Origin: Nitrospirota bacterium | Lineage (GTDB): Bacteria; Nitrospirota; UBA9217 | Reading direction: 5' to 3' | Assembly (NCBI GenBank): GCA_963737155.1 | Contig: CAVTRN010000002.1 | Span: 960,001 to 1,024,000 of the forward strand | DNA: 64,000 bases | Shown here: one piece after another, positions 40,052 to 50,457 of the stretch | Layout of the letters: each line of letters starts with the position of its first letter | How positions within the stretch are numbered: the stretch's first letter is position 1 | Program-made: the position numbers and the translations under genes | Notes under the pieces: generated by a model | Databases searched by the model: none | Told to the model about the DNA's origin: nothing | The model's input: the letters and a program-made list of their open reading frames with translations, nothing else

Positions 40052-41023
40052 TCATTTCAGCCTCACCCGCGGATCGGTAAAGGCATACGCGATATCAGCG
40101 AGAAAATTGCCGAGTAGCGTCAGCAAAGCAGCCGGCACCAGGATACCCATAGCAAGATTGTAATCCCTTGAGAACACAGCCTGATATAAAAGCCGCCCCA
40201 TGCCGGGGATGCCGAAGACCGTTTCCATGATCACGCTGCCGCCGATGATTCCAGGCAGTGAGAGCCCTAGAATCGTTATAACCGGCATCAGAGCGTTCCG
40301 GAGCGCATGCTTGTATATGACTATTCGCTCGGGAAGGCCTTTTGCGCGCGCTGTCCGAATATAATCCTGCCGCAGGACTTCGAGCATGTTGTTCCGCATG
40401 TATCGGGAAAACCCCGCAAGTCCGCCGAAGGCGGAGACGAAGACTGGAAGTACCAGGTGATTCGCTTCGTCCACGAGCCTTCCCCAGAAGGTGAGGCCGG
40501 TGATATCCAGGCTGTGAATTCCCGATATGGGGACTAACCCCCACTGGACGCCGAGAAGATAAATAAGCAGCAATGCCAGCCAGAAGGAAGGCGTGGAATA
40601 CCCGATGAAGACGAAAATGGTTGTGAACCGGTCGAGGAGCGAGTACTGCCTGGTGGCAGACATGATGCCTATGGGGATGGCGATCAGGAGAATGAGTCCG
40701 AGAGAGAGGATGTTTATAGTAAGCGTAATCGGGAGGCTTTCGATTATCTTGTCTCTCACCTTGCGTCCGTCAGCAAAGGCTTCCCCGAAATCGAGTGTCA
40801 CGAACTTCTTGAGCCAAGTTCCATACTGTTTGTAGAAAGGCTGATCTGCTCCGTAGAGTTTTCTCAGCCGTTCGCGCGCCTCGGCTGAAGCCTTGGCGGA
40901 AAAATCCATCTGCGCTTCTGCGGGCCCGCCGGGAGCAAGGTGCATGACGCCGTAGCTCAGCACTGTAATGCCAAGCAGGATGGGTATCATGAGGAGCGTG
41001 CGTTTTATGATATAGACTAACAT
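40052..41023 (-). CDS. Peptide/nickel ABC transporter permease (OppB/DppB-like)
   Basis: [32 protein letters not shown]. Confidence 0.93.
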   Translation of the reverse strand: MLVYIIKRTLLMIPILLGITVLSYGVMHLAPGGPAEAQMDFSAKASAEARERLRKLYGADQPFYKQYGTWLKKFVTLDFGEAFADGRKVRDKIIESLPITLTINILSLGLILLIAIPIGIMSATRQYSLLDRFTTIFVFIGYSTPSFWLALLLIYLLGVQWGLVPISGIHSLDITGLTFWGRLVDEANHLVLPVFVSAFGGLAGFSRYMRNNMLEVLRQDYIRTARAKGLPERIVIYKHALRNALMPVITILGLSLPGIIGGSVIMETVFGIPGMGRLLYQAVFSRDYNLAMGILVPAALLTLLGNFLADIAYAFTDPRVRLK

Positions 41024-41299
41024 GAGATGGCTGTTTTGCGGAAGCCCTGCATTCGATGCATTAGCGATTTGCCGGTTGAGAGCGTTTTTGCTGGTGCAAA
41101 GCTTGGGATGAAATTCCAGACTGTCTCGTGGTAGAATTCCCTATACTCCCTTAAGGTTTATAATAGTATATAATGCCGGCCATTTCAAGATAAAATGATG
41201 AACGGGATGTTTGGAGGAAGACAGGTATTCGGAAATGGGCTCCGCCATGATAATTCAGCCCGCTCTTTTGCCCGGCTGCCGTTCTCCGGACGTTAGCGC

Positions 41300-41328
41300 T
41301 TGACATTGAAAAGGAGTGTGAGTATTAT
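41300..41328 (+). promoter_or_regulatory. Sigma70 promoter of the tRNA cluster
   Basis: TTGACA-N17-TATTAT about 40 nt before tRNA-Pro. Confidence 0.75.
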
Positions 41329-41366
41329 ATGCCCTACGAGTCAGGGGTAAACAGTTGCGATTCAAT

Positions 41367-41443
<77 letters not shown>

Positions 41444-41455
41444 TTCCAATTGATT

Positions 41456-41532
41456 GCGCCTGTAGCTCAGGTGGATAGAGCAACAGCCTTCTAAGCTGTG
41501 GGTCAGGGGTTCGAATCCCTTCAGGCGCGCCA
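41456..41532 (+). tRNA. tRNA-Arg(TCT)
   Basis: ACAGC-CTTCTAA-GCTGT; GTTCGAATC; CCA. Confidence 0.96.
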
Positions 41533-41623
41533 AAAAATAAATGGAAAAATTTGGAAATTTAAGGTATCATGGGCGCTCCGAAATCGTGAATTTTTATTTT
41601 TGAAGTTGAAATTAGTTTTTCAT

Positions 41624-41700
41624 GGTGGGCGTAGCTCAGCTGGTAGAGCACAAGGTTGTGGCCCTTGTGGCCGCGGGTTCAAGCCCCGTCGCTCACCCCA
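41624..41700 (+). tRNA. tRNA-His(GTG)
   Basis: CAAGG-TTGTGGC-CCTTG; encoded G-1; CCA. Confidence 0.96.
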
Positions 41701-41713
41701 CTTTTCTCATATA

Positions 41714-41743
41714 GAGACGGCCGATCCGGCCGTCTCACTTTTT
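41714..41743 (+). terminator. Intrinsic terminator-like hairpin inside the tRNA cluster
   Basis: GAGACGGCCG/CGGCCGTCTC followed by ACTTTTT. Confidence 0.6.
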
Positions 41744-41757
41744 CTGGAGTATGTACT

Positions 41758-41834
41758 GCGCCCGTAGCTCAGCTGGATAGAGCGTTGGCCTCCGAAGCCA
41801 AAGGTCGTGGGTTCGACTCCCGCCGGGCGCACCA
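41758..41834 (+). tRNA. tRNA-Arg(CCG)
   Basis: TTGGC-CTCCGAA-GCCAA; CCA. Confidence 0.96.
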
Positions 41835-41935
41835 AATGTATTTCCCTTCGCAATTTTGCGGGAATGAATCAGAGTTAGGGGCTTTGAGCTGTATCCAAAC
41901 GGTAACTCGGCACTCTGTACTGAAAACTTACATGC

Positions 41936-42012
<77 letters not shown>

Positions 42013-42160
42013 AGAAAATAAATTGTGAAAAATATGGATGGGAACAGGCATTAAACTGAAATAATCGTAGCTAAGTGGACATTTTCTTGTTGCATCCTCT
42101 CGTCCATATAAGTATAATGCAGCCGTTTTTGAACCATGAACTTTCGTAAAGTAGTTGTAC

Positions 42161-42236
<76 letters not shown>

Positions 42237-42245
42237 TAAATTATC

Positions 42246-42275
42246 AAGGACTTCCGAAACATGGAAGTCCTTTTT
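42246..42275 (+). terminator. Intrinsic terminator after tRNA-Lys
   Basis: AAGGACTTCC/GGAAGTCCTT followed by a T tract. Confidence 0.8.
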
Positions 42276-42439
42276 AATTTTTTGGGCACCCGGTAAAATA
42301 CCGCAAAATGAACCCTGCGTGCACTCAAAATGCACTCACTCCAAGAAAATTAGGATAGCAACTAAAATGTTTAGGACCGATCGTCCTAAACATATTTTAT
42401 TTAGTGTCGTATATTCACAGTGGATCGTGTCACTTTTTT

Positions 42440-42930
42440 CCGGAGTTTGTTTACCTCCCTTAATTTATTTCCAGCATAGACAAACCCGCATATATCCGCT
42501 GTGATGCATATTGAAGTGAGCCCAAAGAGCTCGGATACGAGTTTTATCCAGCCTCAAGCAAATGAGACGCGATTCTGTGTCTGCCCTTATGGGGCTAATG
42601 CCGGTTAGTGCTGCCTTCTTAACGATTGTAAAGTGATAGGAATAAGTGCGAGGATTACGCCAGCCAAGGGACGATTCGCTGTTGCCCCGGGGTAAAAGAG
42701 ATCTATATATGGTTTCAGAGCATCAGCGCTCGGCGCACTTATCAATTTCCGTTTTAACTCGTCGATATTCAATGACGTTTTCCAAAATACTGACCGAATA
42801 CATGATTTCAGTTCGATTCATGCCAGTAAAATAATGATTAGCAATAGCCGTCTGCATGAATTTGTGTTTATATTCACCCGTGATTTTTAACAACTTGTTT
42901 ACTTCATCAGTCTGGCCAATCGACTCACGA
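42440..42930 (-). pseudogene. Decayed tyrosine recombinase/integrase
   Basis: Minus-strand fragments DEVNKLLK..YFTGMNRTEIM (box I-like), PHKGRHRIASHLLEAG* and, after a frameshift, LVSELFGLTSICITADICG (box II-like). Confidence 0.75.
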
Positions 42931-43512
42931 AACCTCGTGCTCCTTGAATGGTAGAGGCTACGTTTACCATCAAAATTGCACTGCCGGAATTCTCTATAAG
43001 TGCTGTATGGGCGCCCTTGTCTCCCGAGCTGACTACCGTTTTTTTACGTAAAAAATCCTGAAAACATTTAATCTGCCGCTTAATAAAAAAAGCTTATCCC
43101 TGAGAAAATCTTATGAATAAGTTGGCTCACACTGTATGAATTGAAAATATTTGTGACCGGTATTGACATACAACCTTAGAGTGGTATACTAAAAAAAAAC
43201 GGTGATAAACCTGAATGTTTGGTTATTTCGCCACCAATAAATTTAAGAAACAAAAATTATTGTTATAGAACAACTCGTAATTATAATGTTGCAAAACAGA
43301 AATTTTAGTTACAAAACATCCTAACAATTTGTTTATGATGGTATATTTTTTTCGTATCTTTTTGCATTATGAGTTTATTTTGGGAAGCAAAAATGTGGAC
43401 AGATAATTGCATTGCTTATTTGAATTGTGATAGAAGCACTAAAATATGCGATCAATATAATAATTTGTAATATGATTAAAAACGAGGCATGAGCGAAATA
43501 GCAATTTCTGAC

Positions 43513-43691
43513 GAGAATATATCAAAAGAACACATCTCTCGATGTTCATTTAAGGCAAAAGAACTTGACCGTAGACTCGGGGGTGTAGGGTGAAAAGATA
43601 TAAGCCTATAATTCTGATCGCAGTGGCCGTACTGGTCGCTCTCCACGTGGGATATATAGGACAATATCTACTCGACCAAATAAAAACTTGA
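43513..43691 (+). pseudogene. Truncated duplicate of the cpaB leader and 5' end
   Basis: 43561-43643 aligns with 45019-45103; encodes MKRYKPIILIAVAVLVAL (cpaB: MKKYKSIILIAATILVAL), then diverges and stops at 43691. Confidence 0.8.
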
Positions 43692-43777
43692 TAGGCGTTT
43701 TTTTAATAATTATTGTGCTATAGTAAAATTAATTTGGCTCAAGTCGATATAGTGCGAACAAGTCATTATGATGATTT

Positions 43778-43903
43778 TAAACTTGCTATTCCACGCAGCT
43801 TGCTGCGTGGTCACCTTATAGAGGGAAGAGTAAGAGAAACCGCAGGTTTCTCAGTTGAAAATCTTTCCTTTATACCCCGTCAGCTTGCTGCGGGGTATTG
43901 ATT
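43778..43903. repeat. ~125-bp three-hairpin dispersed repeat, copy B
   Basis: Aligns with 9226-9351; CCACGCAG/CTGCGTGG, GAGAAACC/GGTTTCTC, ATACCCCG..CGGGGTAT. Confidence 0.85.
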
Positions 43904-44261
43904 CGTTTTTTTGTAAGTCGCTAGTACCAAAAGTACGACGACACGACAATATAAAATTATCAATGGTTTACAAAGGATTATAAACGTTGACCTTGCTTCG
44001 TATCGCACATAATGATCACAGAAACTTATAGAACGCACCAACCACAGTACCATGTGGAGAACCTTTAATTTGTGGTGAGTTTGTTTCATTGTTTCCAGAA
44101 GAGACAGCATAAGATGGAAAAAACACAATAATATGTTTCTAAAAGAACCAATTCTGATCATTGGTATAGACGTAGAACAGACAAACTGTTGATTTGTTAG
44201 GCTTCTCCATGGGGAATTAGATTGGACTAGAATTTGCAAATGAAAAAAAAGAGGTGAAGAG

Positions 44262-44444
44262 ATGATAGAGATATTCAGATTCATTAAGATAAAGCTGCAA
44301 TCGGAAAAAGGGGAAGTTAGCGTAGAGTGGGCTCTGGTCGCAGTTATAATGGCCATAATTATCACTGTCGTTTTTTATCCCGGCATACAGACAGGGCTTC
44401 AAACTGCGATACAAAATATTAATAAAGACCTGGCAATAAAATGA
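44262..44444 (+). CDS. flp: Flp-family type IVc pilin 1
   Basis: 60 aa; leader ending SEKG, then EVSVEW plus a hydrophobic helix; RBS GAGGTG; upstream of the tad genes. Confidence 0.88.
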   Translation: MIEIFRFIKIKLQSEKGEVSVEWALVAVIMAIIITVVFYPGIQTGLQTAIQNINKDLAIK

Positions 44445-44581
44445 TACACAGCTAGAGTAAAAACTCTCGATAACGAGTTAACATCTAAATAACTACAGAG
44501 GGTTTTAATCCAAACGAGGAAGGCAAAGCCGGGCTTGCATTGAGGCATCATTTATCTTCACGACGGAAGGAGGTGAAAAAC

Positions 44582-44803
44582 ATGAAAAACATCATAGAGA
44601 TATTCCAGTACATTAAGATGAAGCTGCAATCGGAAAAAGGGGAAGTTAGCGTGGAGTGGGCGTTGGTCGCGGTTGTAATGGCCATAATTATCACTGTCGT
44701 TTTTTATCCCGGCATACAGACGGGGCTTCAAACTGCGATACAAAACATTAATAAAGACCTAGCGCTAACAGGCGGCGGCGGTGGCGGCGGTGGCGGATAC
44801 TGA
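44582..44803 (+). CDS. flp: Flp-family type IVc pilin 2 with poly-Gly-Tyr tail
   Basis: Near-identical to pilin 1, ending in a Gly run and Tyr; RBS AAGGAGGTG. Confidence 0.9.
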   Translation: MKNIIEIFQYIKMKLQSEKGEVSVEWALVAVVMAIIITVVFYPGIQTGLQTAIQNINKDLALTGGGGGGGGGY

Positions 44804-44813
44804 GACTATTCTC

Positions 44814-44845
44814 GAGAGATGTATCGAGAGATCGATACATCTCTC
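44814..44845 (+). terminator. Strong stem-loop after flp2 (terminator or mRNA stabiliser)
   Basis: GAGAGATGTATCGA/TCGATACATCTCTC 14-bp inverted repeat. Confidence 0.65.
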
Positions 44846-44857
44846 AATCTATTTTAT

Positions 44858-45006
44858 TAAATCGTCCTGAAATACCAAGCAGCTCTGCTGCCGGGATGAA
44901 AGGGGATTTCCTGACGAAGTCAGAACAAGCCTTCAGCTAATTTGGGGTGCTTTTTTAAAAGGTTTCCATTTACGATGCCTCGCGGCTCTGCTGTGGGGTT
45001 ATTCAC
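44858..45006. mobile_element. ~150-bp MITE-like insertion with two terminal GCAGC-type hairpins
   Basis: GCAGC-TCT-GCTGC and GCCTCGCGGC-TCT-GCTGTGGGGT; absent from the paralogous leader at 43530-43560. Confidence 0.6.
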
Positions 45007-45047
45007 TATAAGGCGGAAGAACTTGACCGTTAACCCGGGGGTGTAGC

Positions 45048-45938
45048 GTGAAAAAATATAAGTCTATAATTCTGATCGCAGCGACCATACTGGTCGCTCT
45101 CCTCACGAGCGTTCTGTCTTACCGATGGCTCAAGGACAGTGCCATCGCGATGGCCGGAAAGCGTGGGGAGATTGTCACCGCGGTCGTGGCTGCCGAGGAC
45201 TTGAACACGGGGACGATCATAAAGCCGGATATGGTAAAAACCGATCAATTCCTCAAGGGAAGCTTAGCCGCTGGATTCTTTACAGACCAGGGCAAGGTTG
45301 CGGGGCGCGTTGTCATCGCCTCTATAAAGGCCAATGAGCCTATATTCGACTCACGCTTGGCACCCTCGGATGTTACTCAAGGTGGAGTTGCAGCCACGAT
45401 ACCGCAAAATATGAGGGCCATGTCCGTTAAGATGGATAGAGTAAAGGGCGTTTCAGGTTTCATTCATCCGGGATGCAGGGTGGACGTTGTCGCCACCTTC
45501 AGGACGGCAAATTCAATGCTGCCCATAACCATGACCGTCCTTGAAGACATTCCCGTTCTTGCAAGTGGGACTGAAACGCAGATGAACGGCAGGCAGGAAA
45601 AGCCCGTCGATGTGGATGTGATAACGCTTGAAGTGACGCCCGATCAAGCCGAAGTGCTCGCTCTGGCTTCATCGGAGGGGAGTCTTCAGCTCTCCCTTAG
45701 GAATTACAGCGATAATAAAAAGGATTCAGGCACGAACGGTGTTACGGTGCAGTCACTCGTCAGATTGTTAAGCGGCAAAAGCCCTACGCCGGAGAAGCTC
45801 GAGAGAAAAACCAGGCATAAGAATAGCGCGTCTGTGTCTGTATCCGCACCTGAGCCAGTAAGGGAAAATTACTCAAAAGTCCAGTTGATAGAAGGCCATA
45901 AAGTGAACGACGTGAAATTCAAAGAAGGGAGTGAATAG
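45048..45938 (+). CDS. cpaB: Flp pilus assembly protein CpaB/RcpC
   Basis: SAF domain VVAAEDL; MRAMSV, GVSGFIHPGCRVDV, ITLEVTP, LSLRN. Confidence 0.93.
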   Translation: MKKYKSIILIAATILVALLTSVLSYRWLKDSAIAMAGKRGEIVTAVVAAEDLNTGTIIKPDMVKTDQFLKGSLAAGFFTDQGKVAGRVVIASIKANEPIFDSRLAPSDVTQGGVAATIPQNMRAMSVKMDRVKGVSGFIHPGCRVDVVATFRTANSMLPITMTVLEDIPVLASGTETQMNGRQEKPVDVDVITLEVTPDQAEVLALASSEGSLQLSLRNYSDNKKDSGTNGVTVQSLVRLLSGKSPTPEKLERKTRHKNSASVSVSAPEPVRENYSKVQLIEGHKVNDVKFKEGSE

Positions 45939-47349
45939 GATCATGATAAATAAAGCGCGCCGGGGAGCCTTATTAACAATATCTTTTGTTCTCTTAGCAT
46001 ATATTATAATATTTTCCAATGAGGCCAGGGCTACGGAGTCTGTAATCAATCTCAATACTACAGCGCCCCAAAAGGTAAGCCTTATGGTAGGAAGATCTAT
46101 CGTCATCGAGAGTCCTAGCGCGATTACGAGAGTCTCCATTGCCGCGCCCGCTTTCGCGGATGCCATAGTGCTTTCAACCCGGCAGGTGTATCTCGTAGGA
46201 AAGACCCCGGGTTTGACAAACATGACCGTTTGGGCAGGAGACAAAGTCTTAGCCATGATAGATGTAGAAATCTACCCGGATATTGTCAGACTCAAGGAGA
46301 AGCTCCATGACATACTCCCGCAGGAGACGAATATAAAGGTCTCCTCTTCCGATATCACCATCACCCTTTCGGGCGTAGTCTCAAACGCAGCGGATCTTTC
46401 ACGAGCACTTGAGATAGCAGCCCCATTTGGCAAAGTGGTCGACCTTCTCCAGGTCGGCGGAGTCCAGCAAGTCATGCTCGAAGTGCGCGTCTCTGAAATT
46501 CAAAAGAGCCTTATGAGGCAGTTAGGCTTCAATTTCAGTTTTATCTCGGGGAATGGAAAGCAGATCGGCCTTTCGCTCCTAAATAACCTTACGTCGTTGC
46601 CCACAAATGGGGCGTATCCTGCGAATCCTCTTCTCGTTTCGAGTAATGTAAACGCCATATATCAGTTCACGAACAAGGGCGCCTCATGGACGTCGTTTAT
46701 TGATGCGCTAAATGATGAGGGTTTGCTCACTGTCCTTGCCAATCCAACGCTCACGAGCCTAAGCGGCCAGACAGCCAGCTTTAATGCCGGTGGAGAATTT
46801 CCCATCCCCCAAGCTTCGGGGCTCGGTGCCACATCAATCACATATAAAAAATATGGCGTGAGCCTCAGCTTCACGCCCACGGTCATGAGTAATGGGAAGA
46901 TATCGTTGCAGGTGGCGCCAGAGGTCTCGGACCTCGATTACACCAACGCTATCGAAGCAAACGGTTTCGAGATCCCTGCTATTACGGAACGTGAAGTATC
47001 CACGGTCGTCGAACTGGCCGATGGGCAGAGTTTTGCCATAGCGGGGCTATTAAGCAATGAAGTCACCGAAACGGCCAATAAATTCCCGTTCCTCGGCGAC
47101 ATCCCTATCCTTGGGGCACTTTTCAGAAGCTCCGCCTTTAAGAGGAATGAAACTGAACTCGTGGTGATCGTGACTCCCCATCTCGTAAAACCGCTCGACA
47201 TGAGCAAGCAGACGTTGCCCACGGATAAATACGGAGAACCTAGCGATTTTAATTTTTATTTCTTGGGCGCTCTCTCGGGAAGTCCTGATAAGATGCCTTT
47301 AAACAGTCGAGGTTTTGACGGCGAAGTTGGCCATATCGTTCCAGAGTAA
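45931..47349 (+). CDS. cpaC: Tad secretin CpaC/RcpA
   Basis: QVMLEVRVSE, LANPTLTSLSGQTASFNAGGEFPIP, PFLGDIPILGALFRS, ETELVVIVTP. Confidence 0.95.
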   Translation: MNRIMINKARRGALLTISFVLLAYIIIFSNEARATESVINLNTTAPQKVSLMVGRSIVIESPSAITRVSIAAPAFADAIVLSTRQVYLVGKTPGLTNMTVWAGDKVLAMIDVEIYPDIVRLKEKLHDILPQETNIKVSSSDITITLSGVVSNAADLSRALEIAAPFGKVVDLLQVGGVQQVMLEVRVSEIQKSLMRQLGFNFSFISGNGKQIGLSLLNNLTSLPTNGAYPANPLLVSSNVNAIYQFTNKGASWTSFIDALNDEGLLTVLANPTLTSLSGQTASFNAGGEFPIPQASGLGATSITYKKYGVSLSFTPTVMSNGKISLQVAPEVSDLDYTNAIEANGFEIPAITEREVSTVVELADGQSFAIAGLLSNEVTETANKFPFLGDIPILGALFRSSAFKRNETELVVIVTPHLVKPLDMSKQTLPTDKYGEPSDFNFYFLGALSGSPDKMPLNSRGFDGEVGHIVPE

Positions 47350-47433
47350 AGCATTGTTGTAAATTTACGGAATCGAAAAAAAACAAGTCACAGCTGATGT
47401 TTCGTGGCCAAGAGCCATGTCATCCAGGAGGGA

Positions 47434-47754
47434 ATGATGAGAAAAAAATATTATGCGGCAGCAGTCTTGATCATTCTGATTACGGCTGGGTGCTCGCCTT
47501 ACGGGGCGCTTGAGAAAGATTTCGGCAAGTCTTACTATATGGCTACGTCGGGGCAAATCCTGAATCCAGCGGCCTCACAGAACCTGCATGCCGTGACGGG
47601 GTTGGATAGTGATGCAGCGGAAGCGGTTATGAAGAAGTACAACGCCAGCTTCTTGCCTTCATCGGGGGCTTCCCAAACCCCGCAGAGTTTCGCGATAACA
47701 CCTATAGTACCTACTGAAGGTGCAGGGACGGGACAAAATGTTTACGGAAAATAA
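47434..47754 (+). CDS. Small Tad-associated lipoprotein
   Basis: Lipobox ITAGC; DFGKSY..QILNPAA motif; lies within the tad operon. Confidence 0.75.
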   Translation: MMRKKYYAAAVLIILITAGCSPYGALEKDFGKSYYMATSGQILNPAASQNLHAVTGLDSDAAEAVMKKYNASFLPSSGASQTPQSFAITPIVPTEGAGTGQNVYGK

Positions 47755-48154
47755 AGAAAAGGGCTCAGCGGTTGTGGAGTTCGCACTCGTTCTGCCCCTT
47801 CTTCTCATGATGCTTTTTATGATAATCGAGTACGGTTTTATTCTCTATGATAAAGCCGTGATCACGAATGCGAGCAGGGAGGGAGCAAGGGTGGGGATAT
47901 TGATGAGTGATCCGCGAGCTTCGTATCCTACCATAGCGAGCACTGTCAATGCGTATTGCGCAAATAATTTGATTTCGTTCGGTTTCGGGGCAAGACCCTT
48001 CACGATCGTGTTCGGTGCCCCCTGTCCGGCATCCGGTGATGACATAACCGTTACCGTAACTTACCCGTATCACTTTTTGGTCGCGCCAAATTTTTTTAAA
48101 AGTTTATCATGGGATGTCAACCTGACCGCAGTTACTGTTATGAGATGCGAATGA
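47738..48154 (+). CDS. tadE: TadE-like pseudopilin
   Basis: EKG-SAVVEFALVLP, NASREGAR. Confidence 0.92.
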   Translation: MFTENKEKGSAVVEFALVLPLLLMMLFMIIEYGFILYDKAVITNASREGARVGILMSDPRASYPTIASTVNAYCANNLISFGFGARPFTIVFGAPCPASGDDITVTVTYPYHFLVAPNFFKSLSWDVNLTAVTVMRCE

Positions 48155-48167
48155 AAAGGAAGAGCGC

Positions 48168-49232
48168 ATGAAGCCAAGGACGCTATTTGCGAGATTAAAT
48201 AACCGAGAAGGGGCAGTGAGTGTCATGGTGGCACTGCTCCTGATCGTGCTTATAGGATTTGCAGCTCTCGCGTTGGACGTCGGATATATGATGGTGATGA
48301 AGAATGAACTCCAGAATACAGCCGATGCCGCAGCGCTTGCTGGCACAGGCGCTCTTGGCACTATTTACAGTACGATGACGTATTCTGCTCAGCTGGCTTA
48401 TGAAAGCAGTACGTCGGATGTTGCCCCTGCGATTCAAGCACTGGTAACCGGAATGAGCCTCTCCATACCCAATAGTGATATTACAATAGGCCAATGGAAT
48501 CCCCTGACCAATGTGTTCACCGCCGGATTAGACTCTCCCGATGCCGTAAACGTAATTGCCGAGCGAGATAATGCGGTAAATGGTCCCGTTCCCACATTTC
48601 TTGCAGGGGTTTTGGGAATTCATTCTTATCCGGTCTCTGCCAGCGCCACGGCGGCGTTCACCGGACTGCAAAGTGTTCCCGTCGGCGGACTCCTTTTACC
48701 GGTCGGTATATCTATAGATTGGTTCACGACGACCCCGAACTATTGCAGCGCTCCCCAACCAATCACATTGTATCCCACGAGTGCTGGTTGTGTCGGGTGG
48801 AATACTTTTGCTCAAAGCTCTAATAGTGCAGCAGAACTGGACTTGATATTAACCGGGTTGACCAATGGGAGCTATCAAAGTCCGGCAACGACTGCGGGAC
48901 AGACGCAATTCAATTTTGTAGTAGGCACCGACGCTTCATTCTTCGGGGATATGCAACTACTATTCAATTACATGGCTCCACAGGACGATGGAGTATTAGA
49001 CAAGGACGATAACCCCGCTACATGGACTGCCATTGTACCTGTCTATGATGCACCTTGTGGTGTAACTCCTACCGGGCTCGTAAACATCGTAGGATTTGCT
49101 ACGGTGACAATAACCAGTCTTACGGCACCCAATACGGTCAATGCCGAGGTTCTCTGCGGCCTGATTGCCGCAGGTTCGGGGGGAGGACAGAATCTTGGGA
49201 CATTCGGCAGTATTCCTAACTTGGTGCAATAA
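48168..49232 (+). CDS. tadG: TadG-like pilus assembly protein
   Basis: REGAVSVMVAL, ALALDVG, ELQNTADAAALAG. Confidence 0.88.
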   Translation: MKPRTLFARLNNREGAVSVMVALLLIVLIGFAALALDVGYMMVMKNELQNTADAAALAGTGALGTIYSTMTYSAQLAYESSTSDVAPAIQALVTGMSLSIPNSDITIGQWNPLTNVFTAGLDSPDAVNVIAERDNAVNGPVPTFLAGVLGIHSYPVSASATAAFTGLQSVPVGGLLLPVGISIDWFTTTPNYCSAPQPITLYPTSAGCVGWNTFAQSSNSAAELDLILTGLTNGSYQSPATTAGQTQFNFVVGTDASFFGDMQLLFNYMAPQDDGVLDKDDNPATWTAIVPVYDAPCGVTPTGLVNIVGFATVTITSLTAPNTVNAEVLCGLIAAGSGGGQNLGTFGSIPNLVQ

Positions 49233-49252
49233 AAAAGGGAGAGGTCAGTGAC

Positions 49253-50434
49253 ATGCCTGAACAAACGATATCGGTCAAACTCAACATAAAAAATCGCCAA
49301 ACGGAGATCGACTTGGAAGATGCCGTTGCGGATGTCCCGGGTTTCTCAATCAGCCGCAATGGTACTGCCTGCGACGTCATGGTTGTGGAAGTGGGCTTTG
49401 ACCTGGACGAGGAGTTCAAACTCGTAGAACAGGTAAGGTCAATGGGCTTAGCCAGGGAGGTTTTTCTCACGTCCTCTCGCAAGGACCCTGAGGTACTCTT
49501 AAAGGCTTTAAAGATGGGGGTAAAGGAATTTTTCCCCCAGCCGCTCATTAAAGAAGAGTTCACGGCATCACTTGCGAAATTCAAAACAAATTTTAAAGCT
49601 GCAAGCGCGGAAAAGGCAAAACAGAAAAATGGGGTTCTCATCAGCGTCATCGGGAGCAAGGGAGGAGTGGGTGCAACGACTGCGGCTGTTAACCTTGCCG
49701 TATCTCTCCAGGAGATGGATCGGGGCAAGTCCGTGGTGCTGATGGACATGAATCCTCTCCTGGGTGGGATCAATCTATTTCTCGATATAAAGACCTCTTT
49801 CAGTTGGGCCGACGGGGTCAGGGACATCACGCGCATGGATTCAACTTACCTCTTGAACACGCTCTACAAGCATCCAACGGGTATCTACGTTATGCCTGCT
49901 CCTACGAAGCCCTTGGGGCTAGAGACAACAACTTCTGAGAACATGGCAAGGCTTGTGGGTTTCCTGCGGACAGCATTCGACATCATTGTGATGGACAGCA
50001 GCAAGTCCTTTGACGACCTGTCGCTCCGGATGCTTGCCCTTTCGGACACAATATTGCTAATCTCTGAATTGAACATCCTCTCCCTCGTAAACGCCAAGAG
50101 ACTTCTTGAGACCTTCGATGGCCTTGGTCTCTCTTATGGCAAGGACATAAAGGTTGTGATAAATCGCTATCAGAAGAAAAACATGGTATCTCCCGGTGAA
50201 GCGGAAAAGACACTCGGAAGGAAGATCGTGTCCATGATTCCGAATGATTATGAGACGACCATGTCGGCCATCAATACTGGGCAATCACTTTCGGCCGTGG
50301 CAGGGAAATCATCCGTAAAAGAAAATTTCAGAGAGTTGGCATCCCTGCTTATTCATAAGGAAGTGATCAAAAAGGAAAAACTCCTTTTTAACTTGAACCC
50401 TTTTAACTCATGGGGGAAAAATAGCGCCGATTGA
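49253..50434 (+). CDS. cpaE: CpaE/TadZ (REC-like + MinD-like ATPase)
   Basis: SKGGVGATT deviant Walker A; VVINRY, IPND. Confidence 0.92.
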   Translation: MPEQTISVKLNIKNRQTEIDLEDAVADVPGFSISRNGTACDVMVVEVGFDLDEEFKLVEQVRSMGLAREVFLTSSRKDPEVLLKALKMGVKEFFPQPLIKEEFTASLAKFKTNFKAASAEKAKQKNGVLISVIGSKGGVGATTAAVNLAVSLQEMDRGKSVVLMDMNPLLGGINLFLDIKTSFSWADGVRDITRMDSTYLLNTLYKHPTGIYVMPAPTKPLGLETTTSENMARLVGFLRTAFDIIVMDSSKSFDDLSLRMLALSDTILLISELNILSLVNAKRLLETFDGLGLSYGKDIKVVINRYQKKNMVSPGEAEKTLGRKIVSMIPNDYETTMSAINTGQSLSAVAGKSSVKENFRELASLLIHKEVIKKEKLLFNLNPFNSWGKNSAD

Positions 50435-50457
50435 AGCTTTTTTGCGGAGGGTTCACA

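Noticed and set aside
44262-44803. Electrically conductive pilin
   Set aside because: Flp class with few aromatic residues in the mature peptide; no support from sequence
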